57,746 nucleotides of DNA from positions 59,329 to 117,074 of the forward strand of contig JBNGIO010006370.1 of the NCBI GenBank assembly GCA_049999805.1. Reading direction: 5' to 3'. The DNA comes from Folioceros fuciformis. Lineage: Eukaryota. A program made the position numbers and the translations under genes. This document shows, in pieces, positions 13,405 to 24,195 of this stretch (position 1 is its first letter; every line of letters starts with the position of its first letter). The notes beneath the pieces are model-generated. The model was not told the origin of the DNA. It made no database searches and saw only the letters and a program-made list of their open reading frames with translations.

Positions 13405-13492
13405 ATGTTTGGTCCTAAAGCGTAGCTGTGTGCTTCAACCTAAAACGTATGTTTGGTCCTAAAGCGTAGCTGTGTGCTTCAACCTAAAACGT
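13405..13492. repeat. Perfect 44-bp tandem duplication
   Basis: ATGTTTGGTCCTAAAGCGTAGCTGTGTGCTTCAACCTAAAACGT at 13405-13448 and 13449-13492. Confidence 0.9.
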
Positions 13493-13499
13493 AGATGCT

Positions 13500-13771
13500 T
13501 GGTGAGCATGAACTAGATACTACCAAATCCGCAACTGAATTGGTTCACTGATAACTAGAACTAGCCTAGTGTGAACTCAACGGGAATAACTATCACCACA
13601 TGAGTTTATCTCATATAGAGCTCGATAACTCAACACTCCCCCTCAAGCTCAACTTAGCATCTGTATGCCTAACATAGCTCGAAATTTCTTCAGCTTCTCT
13701 GCCCCCATTGGCTTAATGAATATGTCGGCTATCCGCTCGTCTGTGTTCACATACACAAGATCAAATACATC
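13500..13771 (-). mobile_element. Ty1/copia 3' fragment: end of RNase H, polypurine tract and start of 3' LTR
   Basis: Minus strand DLVYVNTDERIADIFIKPMGAEKLKKFRAMLGI*, then TTGAGGGGGAG|TGTTGAG at about 13635-13646; left boundary approximate. Confidence 0.7.
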
Positions 13772-14639
13772 AATTAAGCAAATAGATCATGTAGGTGAGA
13801 ACATGTAAGTGTGGTATATGCCACCCTAAAAGCTTGCAGACAATTAGGACAAACAATTTACTGCAAAACTTGAAGATGGTACAAAAAGAACAAACACTTT
13901 GACAACAAAACTTTCAAATGGTACAAAGAGAACAAACTCTTTGACATAAGAAAAACACACTACAAATATATTTGGACTAAAAAATGAGGCCAAACATCCT
14001 CTTGGAGGAAGAGAAATCTTGCGCTTTTTCCCTTGGAAAATAGGTTCCTTCGACACTTTTATTAGAGTACATAGGTTGTCTTGAGATGAATTGCTTATCT
14101 AACGAGATATGTTCATGCTTTAAGGCTATATATGTGTGTAAGGACTACCTATGAGAAATGAACTGATCCAAGACCTAATCTTGGGATTTCCTGTTCTCTA
14201 ACACCCCCCTCCCCCCCCACTTGGTCCACAGACCAATTATTGGTCAAACCAATCCGCAACTTAAAAACTTCATGGGCCAAAGAGCTCTCGAGCATAAACA
14301 CCCCGGCCTACTCCCAACCTAACTTGATTTCACACCAAACTTAACAAAAAAACACTTAGTCACACACCTTGGCAGGGGGTCCCTAAACATTTTTTCGTTT
14401 ACACTAGGTCAGCTGCCTTCCGAGAGAGAGGAGCAAACCAAAGGAGCTAGGAGAGGAGCAAACCAAAGGAACAAGGGCCACAAATAAGCAAGGAAGAAAA
14501 ATCCTTCAGCTATGAACAAAAAACCTTCCACGCTTCCAAGCAAGAGGCCACATGTGTGGACTCTCCAACGGTAGCAAAGTAAGAAGGTGGTCGTGAAAAA
14601 CTTGCGGAAGCATATTTCACAAAGACAACATTTAATTAA

Positions 14640-16195
14640 CAAATAAGAGTTTAAATAGCAAAATTGTAAGGTGTCGGTTGGTTAGTTAACCTAACCCTGA
14701 ATTGTATATTTAATCATGTTAGGGTTTCTACAGCCCAACACTCCCACTAAACCTAAGGTGATTTAATGGTCTTCAGACATTTGCGTCTTGAAGTAAGGGA
14801 CTGGCGGCTTTGCTCTCAGCCCCAAGTCACGAAGAAGGAAGTGCGCAGGCAGCAGTAGCGATGGTGTAGTTCCCCAACACGGACGGAATCCAACAAGACG
14901 AGCAGACCAAGCAGCTCTACTTTAGGAAGAAATCCTCCTAATTGCAGTGCGAGAGTCAACACCAGCTCCACAGCTCGTTTGCCATGGAACCCTGTGATTG
15001 AGTTGATATCCTCATAATCTTCACTGCAGTCTGCTCCCAGTATTACAACCATTGAGGCTGCGTCCAACACTAATGTCGAGGCAGACAAAAGTGACAGCAC
15101 TCCATAGGTTACGACAAAGGCCATAGTGAACAAGCTGCTGGATCAATCAAAGGCGTTGATTGAGACACTGAAGGAAGTGGAGAAACTCCTCACTGCGAAG
15201 AGGGCAGAGGTGGCTATGCTGCTGGACAACTTAAGCAGAAAGCAAGCTGCCATGAGGAACCAAGCTGCAAACCCCAAATCTCCCACTAGAGATAGAGCTC
15301 ATGGTAAGTGTGACTTCTGTGCTTGCGCTAATCGAAGCAAGATATGTGTTTTGTGTGGAAGGCTCCTCTGAAAGGTATAGCTCTCACAACTAACAACTAT
15401 TTGTTCACGACTAAATAGGTAAGCTAAGGCTTCATCCACTGAACCAGACAGTTGAGGACTAACATTGGCAATCTATTTACTGTGCAGGAAGACTTTAAGC
15501 ATGTACCCTAAGCAAGTGACCTTCTGAAGACAGAGAAACACACACATGTTTCATCTAAATGTGTGTGTAGGAAATAGACACATAGACAGGGCAGATTGGT
15601 GACAAATGTTTTTTTTTTCTTTGCACAGACAATCGCCGCTAAGACTGATGTGGATATGCAAACTCACGCAGACCCAAGGCTGCTAGATGCTGAAAGTGTT
15701 TGCTCTTGGTCAGCCCTTTTGTAAAAATGTCTGCAGTATTATCATGTGTGCTCACATACTCCACTTTGATTGCACCTCTCTTAGCCACATCCCTAATGTA
15801 GTGGTGATCCAGCTCGATATGTTTTGTGCGGGCATGGAATCTAGGGTTAGAAATAAGTGCAATGGCACTCATTGTCACACATTAACTTGGTTGGTCCTAG
15901 TTGGGCTTGTTTAACAGATTCCACGAATTGGCGATGTCACTCAGCTTCTTTGCAAGGGTCTTAGGGTTTAGGGTTTCTATGGAGGAAAGAGCCAAGGAGG
16001 CCTGTTTCTTACGGCTCCAGAGGAAAGAATAAAACAGTAAGCTGACAAACTCCTTCTAGTGTTAGCATCCGAAGCCTAGTCAGCATCTGCAAACAAAGTA
16101 AGCTCCATGCTCTATCTCCTACTCGTTGAATATTGCAAGCCATAGTTAATGGTGCCCTTAAGGTATCTGTAGACACGCTTAACTGCTGCCCAATG
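14640..16195 (-). mobile_element. Older host Ty1/copia element, 3' part (RT end, RNase H, extra region, PPT, 3' LTR remnant)
   Basis: HWAAVKRVYRYLKGT ending at 16195; FHARTKHIELDHHYIR and ADIFTKGL in 15639-15878; PPT AGTGGGAG|TGTTGGG at 14741-14748; outer LTR boundary not resolved. Confidence 0.75.
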
Positions 16196-16387
16196 AGCTG
16201 AGATTATAAACAATGCCAAAGAAGCAAGAGCAGAAAGGCAATGGCAATCATTATGTGTAAGAAGACCTACAAATATGTCAAGGGGCATAAGTAGTTGTAA
16301 CTGCTAGTCTATCCCTAACTACCTAAGATGTAACCCTAAGTACATACTAACAATGTATATAATAAGTAATTATTATTTTTCCTAACA
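16196..16387 (-). repeat. 3' LTR
   Basis: Near-identical to 22270-22461; preceded on the minus strand by PPT GAGTGGGAG (16388-16396). Confidence 0.95.
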
Positions 16388-17348
16388 CTCCCACTCATTG
16401 TGTACGTATGTCCTAGCGATACGCCCACCGAACCTGTCCAGAATAGAATAACCCAAAATCGTCCACTCAAGTGTACCAGCAGAACGGGTTCTCTGCACGC
16501 GTACAGCAGTGACAGTCTCGTGCGACATAAAATTCACAGCGCCCAGCCGCAATTCGCATCCCTAATCTCGGCATCGGCTGGACAGAGTTGGAGCATCCAT
16601 TGCTGGTGAAGATGGCGAACGATGGCGCGTCCAGGACTTCTGCTCGTCAACAAGACACCACAGTCTTCAAAGAGGAGATCACAGAGAAACGCCAGCTGCC
16701 ACACACCGCTACGTCGACTCCAGCACCACCTCGAAACACAGTCCAGGGGTTTGCATCAGCTGCAGAGGAGAGACTGCCCGCTCGAGTGGTAGAGTTCCTT
16801 GCACCACGTCCAGTTCAGCCAAAAGCTCCAGAGTGCATCTGTGAGGCCGAAGCTCTCTTGTGCCCTCGACACGGCAAAATTCCAAAACGGCTGCGACAGT
16901 CAGGCTTCGAAGGCAACTCAGCGCTGCTGGTGGCCAGTCTGCAGAATTCCAGGAGTCTGCACCTGAGGAACCTGTTGACGCTCCCACTTTTGCTCACAAG
17001 CGCTTCTCACCGCGCGGTCCTTTGAATGCAGTGAAAGCTCCACCACAGGAGGAGGACGAATACATCATGCTGCCTACGCCTCACAACCCAAGACCCTTCA
17101 CACTGCCTAGAGGAAACCGGACCAGGACTGTGAGGTTGATAACAGACGGCAACGGGATCAATGACCCTCTCACTCCTGACAATTCTGTGTCTGATTTCTA
17201 AGTTATGAAATGCCAACATCTATGTGTGACTCTGTGACACTTGCTGCAGTCAGTTGCTGCAGAGCACTCTATCTTACAAGGTAAGAGGAGTCAAGGACTC
17301 CTATGGCTTCTTTGAATTGCACATGTTTTCCCTTAGGTAGAGCCTTCG

Positions 17349-20300
17349 TTAAAACATTTGCAGCATTCGAATCTGTAGGGATATATTCGAGATGCACCTG
17401 TCCAGAAGATACTGCTTCACGAATGAAATGATGTGCACTTCAATATGTTTTGTTCTCGCATGGAAGACTAGATTTTCAACCAGAGCCAAGGCACTTGTGC
17501 TATCACAGTGAATTGTAGTAGGTTGCACCTGCTCTTGACCCAAATTTTTTTAGTAGCCTTCGGAGCCATACGGCTTCCTTCGCTGCTTGTGTAAGAGCAT
17601 AATACTCTGATTCAGTCGAGGACAACGAAACTGTGGTTTGCTTTTTCGAAGACAAGGTTATGGCACCGCCTGCCAGAAGAAAAACATAAGCCGACACTGA
17701 CTTCCTGGAGTCAGAATTTGCTGCCCAGTCAGCATCACAGTACCCTATCAAAGTAAGTGGCTCTCCTTCATGATGTTGCTTTGTATAATGAATGTCGTGA
17801 CTACTTGTACCCTTCAGGTACCGTAGGATCTTTTTAACGGCAGACCAGTGTGTTCTGCCAGGTTGCTTAAGGAACTGTGAAGTAGTACTAACTGGCAACG
17901 CTATGTCTGGTCTCGTGTTATTGGAGCAGAAAATCAGCGAGCCAACGGCCTGTGCATAAGGTACGTCCTGCATTTCCTGTTTTTCTGAATCAGTCACTGG
18001 TGAATGTTCCAATGTGAGTTTACTACCTGCTTCCATAGGAGTTGCAGCAGGTTTAGCCTCCGTGAGCTCATACTTATGTAGCATATCAAAGATGTATTTT
18101 TCTTGATGGATAACCAGCGTGCCAAAAGCTAACACCACATAGCCTATCTCCTGTTGCAGGAAGTACACATTAGAATCTGCATCACTCTTCTTGAAGCTAA
18201 GGTCACGTAGAAACGCATCAAAGCACTGGTACCAAGCCCTTGGTGACTGTTTTAGACTGTAGATAGTTTTCAATAGTCTACAGACCCAGTCCTCACGTCC
18301 CTTAGCTTCATAACCTTTTGGCTGCTGCATATATATCTCTTCTTCCAGCTTACCATGCAAAAACGCAGTCTTCACATCCATTTGATGGATGAACAAGCTG
18401 AAAAATGCAGACACGGCACGTAGGGACTGTGCCTTAACAACGGGGGAGAAAGTGTCATTATAGTCGAGCCCTAGGACTTGAGAGAAACCCCTAGCCACAA
18501 GGCGAGCTTTGTACCTCGCTATAGTTCCGTCAGCCTTATACTTGAGTTTAAACACCCATTTGCTGCTGACAATCTTCCTCCCCTTAGGCGGGGGACAAAG
18601 CTCCCAAGTCTGATTGTGGATAAGAGAGTCATACTCGGAGGTAATAGCTGCAATCCAATGACGAGAGTCGGGACCTGTGACTACGTCCTGGTAGGATTGA
18701 GGTTCATAGCCAGGTTGGACAATGACATGGACAAATTCTCCCACTATCTCATTCGGGTTCACTCCCACTGCCCGAGGCACTCTCCTAGTACGCCAGTCCT
18801 CAGCCTCATAGGGTTGTTCAAGCCACTTGTCTCGTCCACGATGCACCCTTGCAGACCTTCTAGGCTGAGGAGGCATCACATACTCTACAGGGTCATCAAC
18901 AACAAGTTCAGAATCATCAGCTGGAGGGGATTCAGGCACACCATCGAAGGGATCATCTTCTTCAGCTGAATCTAAAGCAGCAGCAGGTGATCCAGGAGGA
19001 TCCAGTGGAGGAACAGGGAGAGAATCTGGTGGGAGAGCAGGAGGAGGGTCTGGTGGGAGAGCACCTAAATCTGGAGGATCTGTGACATCAGAAGCATCAA
19101 AAATAGGAAAGTCTACAATATCTGTAGGCTTTGACTCATCTGACTCAGTGTAAACAGGATGTTTAGGAGTGGGATAAGTATCTGCATCTGACAAATCAAC
19201 AGGGAGATCAGCAGGAGGTGTAAGGACAGAGCGCTCATCAAACGCCACAGTGCGAGCATGAGACACTTTACGAGAAACTAGATCAAACAGTTTATAACCA
19301 TGAACTCCAGGTGTGTAGCCGATAAACACATGTCTTTTTGACTTGAAAGAAAATTTCTTCCTCAGCTTGTCTGGTATATGTGCATAGGCTATACTACCAA
19401 AGACACGAAGGTGGGAAATATCAGGCTTTACTCCTGTCCACGCTTCAAAAGGAGTTACATGTGATAAGGAAGAAACAGCTGTCCTGTTCTGCAAGTAAGT
19501 AGCAACTTGAACAGCCTCTGCCCAGAAACGTATAGGTAGCCTCCCCTGAAAAAGTAGAGCCCTGGCAGCATCCTGTATTGTTCGATGTCTACGTTCTGCT
19601 CTTCCATTCGTATCAGAATGATAAGGAATAGTTAGCTGCCTTGTGATGCCATGTTCATGACATAAATCTTGAAAAGCCGAGGATAAGTATTCCTTTGCAT
19701 TATCAGATCTTAAACTCTTCAGCTTACGCCTTGTCTGACGTTCAGCATATGCTAGGTATCTTTTAACACTGTCAAACACATCACTTTTATGCTTCAGCAA
19801 CTCAGTGACTGTAAAGTGAGTTTTATCATCTTCAAAGACAACAAAATACTTGGCACCTCCCCAACTTGGTGTGGACATAGGGCCACAAATGTCCGAATGA
19901 ACCAAGTCTAACACTTCTATCTGTCTCCGTGGTTTGCCAGATCCAAAGTGAGATTTAAACTGTTTCCCATGAACACATGCAACACACAACTCCAAATCTG
20001 GTAAGTCAGAATCTGTAAAACCTGTAACCATCTTGTCCTTCAACAAACGTCTCATGGCTTTAATGTTTGGATGTCCAAGCCTGCAGTGCCATCTGAAGGC
20101 AGCGTATGATTTACTAGATGTAGACTCCACTACATGGGCTGATGATGGTTGGACATCTGAGACAAAATCTAGGATATACAAGTCATACAGGGGAGTACCA
20201 CAAGCTATGACATCTGAAGGTGAATTCAGCCTAGTGATAACGCACTCTAAACCTTCAAACAAAATGCTGTACAGACCTGTTTTTCCTAAGGCCATAGTAC

Positions 20301-21537
20301 TAACAAGATTTTTCTTGAGTGCAGGGACATGGAGTACATTCTCTAACTCCCATGTCTTCCCGTTCTTCAGAGTAACTATCACTGTACCTATACCTCTAAT
20401 AGGTATATGAGAATTATCTCCTAGAACAACAGCATGTTGACAAGGTAACTGCCTATAACTTACAAATGACTTCTTAGAAGAGCACATATGATTAGATGCA
20501 CCACTGTCTAAGAACCACTGATTTTTGTCCTTTGACACTGAGGACAGACAAGCCACAAGCAAACCAGGTGTTGTAGCTCTTGCCACATTTGATTCATGCT
20601 GCTTTCCTTTTCCAGCATCATCTCTTTGCTTAGCCCTGCAATCTCTAACCCAGTGACCTGGCTTGTGGCAGTAATTGCACACACCAAGCTTCTTCCCGGG
20701 CTGCTATGAGCTGGAGTTGGAATCAGGTCGGGACGCTTGTCCCCTGCCCCTTCCAAATCCTCCACGCCCACGCCCCCTTCCTCTGCCGCGACCTCTGCCG
20801 CGGCCAGACCAAAGTGCAGTATCACTTTGCTTATGGGATGAGCTCGATGAACCCTTGCCAGTCATATGCTTCCTGTTGGCTTCTCCTTGAAGCAGGGCTC
20901 CAACTAGCTTTTGTACAATCAAGGATGTCGTTGCTGGGGTTGTTGCGGTTGCTGGAGTAACAGTTGCTGTTGCTTGAATACTTGTGCTCCAAGTTTCATA
21001 GCTTGGAGGAAGGGCCAACAAGAACTGTACAGCTGCTCTCCTCTCATCAATGATGACTCCGCATGCTGCAAGTCGTGCTGTTGCTGCCCTGAACTTTGCA
21101 ACAAAGCTTTCAACTGACTCATTTTCTTTCATGCGCAAATTTTGCCAATGGTTGGTGGCGGCTCCCACTGAAATCAAATCCTTTGCTTCATAGGTATCAT
21201 TCAACAATGTCCAGACTTCATGTGCATGCTTGGCCATCTTGATATGAGGAATCATTTCTTGTGAAACTGAACCAACAAGAATTGTCTTTGCTTTTCTATC
21301 CTTATGACTCCATTCAAATGCATCCTTCTGCGTCCACAGTACAGGGTTCGTCCCCCCTGGTGTCATCATACCAGAGGGCTACCCGGCCACCCTTTTTGGA
21401 ATGGTGCCGTCAGTGACTTCCATCATAAGTCTTTCTTCAAGAATTGTACGAACCCTAAATGACCAAGCATCAAAATTGTGTGGAGTAAGGCGATCCTTCT
21501 CCTGTAGGCGATCATAGGTCTGGTCTGCTGTCGCCAT
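17349..21537 (-). pseudogene. copia gag-pol polyprotein, disrupted
   Basis: Gag ATG 21537; in-frame TAG at 21379-21381 and 20704-20706; zinc knuckle CNYCHKPGHWVRDC; protease WFLDSGAS; integrase WHCRLGH..C..C and VHSDICGP; RT RYKARLVARGF and QMDVKTAFLHG, with YVDD segment deleted near 18123; RNase H GYCDADWA with frameshifts near 17545. Confidence 0.9.
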
Positions 21538-21551
21538 TTTACTCAGCTTCC

Positions 21552-22115
21552 TTATGAAGGGAAGGACCTTAGATCAGCAAGCTGCTGTCTGAGATTAGTA
21601 ATATCTGATGCATGGCTCTTCACTTCCAATTCCAGACCTACTGCTGAAACTGACTCAGATTCCCGCTGTTTCTCCAGACGATCTAAATGAGATGTTAGAA
21701 GGTCCACACGTCTGGAAGTCTCCAAGACAGCGGACTTAACATTCAGCAGTGAATTAAGAAGTACATCAAATTGCTTTAAATCAAAGTGCTTCGAATTATC
21801 TTGTACAGGAAAAGGAAGTTGACAACATCTACAAGTAGCAGGTAATTGGGGTAATCGGCAAGATGAATCTGGTGCAAACTGCCTGCCTGGAACTGCAGAT
21901 TGATGCGCTCCCACTTGACTGGAATTATAGGTTTCAAGAAACGTCTGCAGAAACCGTACTCGCTCCTCTTGCTGTGCTTGTGAAAGCACGTTCTTGAAAT
22001 AAAGGTTCTCAAATTGAACTCCGAAATCTTGTATTTCTGATGTTGGTGTCGCAAGACATCGACCCTGCCTACTTGCTGATGTCCAATGATTCCTGCAAAC
22101 ACCTTTCCTCGGCAT
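21552..22115 (-). CDS. Extra 187-aa ORF between PBS and gag of the copia element, predicted coiled-coil, function unknown
   Basis: Intact ATG-started ORF ending about 15 nt before the gag ATG; heptad-like LNSLLNVKSAVLETSRRVDLLTSHLDRLEKQ...ITNLRQQLADL. Confidence 0.5.
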   Translation of the reverse strand: MPRKGVCRNHWTSASRQGRCLATPTSEIQDFGVQFENLYFKNVLSQAQQEERVRFLQTFLETYNSSQVGAHQSAVPGRQFAPDSSCRLPQLPATCRCCQLPFPVQDNSKHFDLKQFDVLLNSLLNVKSAVLETSRRVDLLTSHLDRLEKQRESESVSAVGLELEVKSHASDITNLRQQLADLRSFPS

Positions 22116-22257
22116 CGTGCCGGTTCCGCATTAGCGAATGCCTATTCTGCTCTTTTCTCTAATGAGAATTATCCATAATCCAAGAAACACCATTATCAAG
22201 TCCTCCCCACATTAAATCTAAGAGGAAGTAAAGAGCAGAAAGGCATGGATCAGCATG

Positions 22258-22269
22258 GCTCTGATACCA
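22258..22269 (-). promoter_or_regulatory. Primer binding site complementary to initiator tRNA-Met
   Basis: TGGTATCAGAGC immediately after the 5' LTR on the minus strand. Confidence 0.9.
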
Positions 22270-22461
22270 AGCTGAGATTATAAACAATACCAAAGAAGCA
22301 AGAGCAGAAAGGCAATGGCAATCATTATGTGTAAGAAGACCTACAAATATGTCAAGGGGCATAAGTAGTTATAACTGCTAGTCTATCCCTAACTACCTAA
22401 GATGTAACCCTAAGTACATACTAACAATGTATATAATAAGTAATTATTATTTTTCCTAACA
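22270..22461 (-). repeat. 5' LTR
   Basis: TGTTAGG...TCTCAGCT on the minus strand; matches 16196-16387. Confidence 0.95.
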
Positions 22462-24195
22462 CAATGCAAACGACCATGTTGCTTAAGAAATTGAGAAACC
22501 ATGCTAACCGAGTAGCTGATGACAGGACGAGTCCAGTTAGCCAAAAAGATTAGGCAGCCAACTGCCTCGGCATAAGGGACTGCAGCCATATCAATCAATC
22601 TCAGCTTGACTCTGAGGTGAGTGTTCAGCAGTCAGCTTTACCCCCACTGACGAGGAGTGGTAACAGATCTAGCATCTTGTAGGTTAAAGCACTTGAGAAT
22701 TTCTTTGAAGTACTTGGTCTGAGGTAGAGTGATCTGTCCAACAGTCCTGTCTCACAGAATCTCTATACCAAAATAGAACTGCAGATCCCCTTGATCTGTC
22801 ATCTCAAACTCCTGTCTAAGCATTGCTTTAACCTTGTTGAGTTGTTCTGTACTGTTGCTGAGAAGAACACAATCGTCTCCATAAAAGGCAAGTATGACGA
22901 AGAGAGTTCCAGCAACTAGGATGAACACATTGCTATCAGTAGGAGATTGGAGAAAACCAAGCTTCTTGAGGTATTTCGTTATGCGCTTCTACCAAGCTCT
23001 AGGAAATTGCTTTAAGCCATAGATGGTCTTGAGAAGCTTGCAGACTTTATTGACCAATTTCTTATTGACAAAACCTCAGGTTGCTCCATGTACAGACTTT
23101 CTTCAAGTTCACCATGCAAGAAAGCAATAGAAACGTCCATCTGTTGGACCTCAAGATTGAACTCAGCAGTGAGAGCAAGCAGGATTCTGATCGAAGATGG
23201 CTTAACAACGGGGGAAAAGGTATCTCCATAGTCAATTCTAGGTATTTGACTAAAACCTCGAGCTACCAATCGAGACTTATATCTAACAACAGTACCATCA
23301 GATTTAAGTTTAGTCTTAAATACCCATTTGCAACCGATAGGTTTTTTCCCAAGTGGTAAATCTGCCAACTCCCAAGTGTTGTTCTTTACCAAGGAGGAAT
23401 ATTCCTCATCAATTGAAGCACGCCATTTATCTCCATTAGGGCCATTAATGGCCTCCTCATACGACTGGGGGTCAGGATGAACATCAGGTACATGCAGATT
23501 TGTCACATTTACCAATGATCTTCGAAAGTCTTCTGACTGGTAAAGTGGTTCCTCCCACTAATCCCTAGGTCTCCTTTCTCTAACAGGATACCTTGGCTCA
23601 GGAGGGAGAGGGGCAACAGGATCCTCTTCTTCAGCAGCCTGATCAACTTCACCATCGGAGTTATGATCAGTGCCAAGGTCCTGCTCATCATAGTGTTCTG
23701 ACATATTGTTTTGTACCCTTTCAAGCACAACATTGAAGAGTCCAGGTGCTGGTAATTGATGCCTGAGAAGGTTCAATTCATGATCTTCATCATCCCCCAG
23801 ATCATGTAAGTGATCCACCGACTCCCCGTCTGAATCTGGATATTGACCAATAGGTGCTTGCATATGTATAGGATCAGGTTGATTTAGGTCAACAGAGATA
23901 ACCAGGTTATCCACTAAAGAACATGAGTCTTCTCCTGCAGCATCAGTCTCCAACAGTGAAGTACTGGGACCCGACCTTGGTGAAGTTGGTTCATTAAAGG
24001 TCACACTCCTAGCAAGAACAACACTTCAAGATTTCGGGTCAAACAGCCTGTAAGCTTTGAACACTTCAAAGTATCCCAGAAAGAGAGAAGGCTTATCCCT
24101 GTCATCTAACTTTTGTTGTCTTTGTTTAGGTATATATGCAAAGGCCAAGGACCCAAATACTCGCAGATGTAGCAAACTGGGTTTCTTTTTCTAGA
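22462..24195 (-). mobile_element. Older host Ty1/copia element, integrase C-terminus and RT (degraded)
   Basis: LRVFGSLAFAYIP, PQSYEEA, KPIGCKWVFK, RYKSRLVARGFSQ, QMDVSIAFLHG, ILAFYGDDCV, VPYAEAVGCL; frame rejoins HWAAVKR across the TSD. Confidence 0.85.

Larger units (their letters stand above)
13342..14060. mobile_element. Element bounded by ~72-bp imperfect inverted repeats (MITE/foldback-like), enclosing a copia fragment
   Basis: 13342-13413 AAAAGTGTCAAAGGAACCTATTTTCCAAGGGAAAAA...GAGGATGTTTGG matches the reverse complement of 13988-14060; no clear TSD. Confidence 0.6.
16196..22461 (-). mobile_element. Full-length young Ty1/copia LTR retrotransposon with a defective pol, nested in an older copia
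   Basis: Two 192-bp LTRs with 2 mismatches; 5-bp TSD CAATG at 16191-16195 and 22462-22466; tRNA-Met PBS; PPT; domain order gag-PR-INT-RT-RH. Confidence 0.95.

Noticed and set aside
15961-15976. Telomere-like TTTAGGG repeats (also near 6191 and 47077)
   Set aside because: Only about two units each; too short to call an interstitial telomere
20704-21381. In-frame TAG codons in gag as programmed readthrough or U-to-C editing targets
   Set aside because: There are two stops, both upstream of the zinc knuckle and both simple CAG-to-TAG transitions in an element with other lesions; U-to-C editing is organellar
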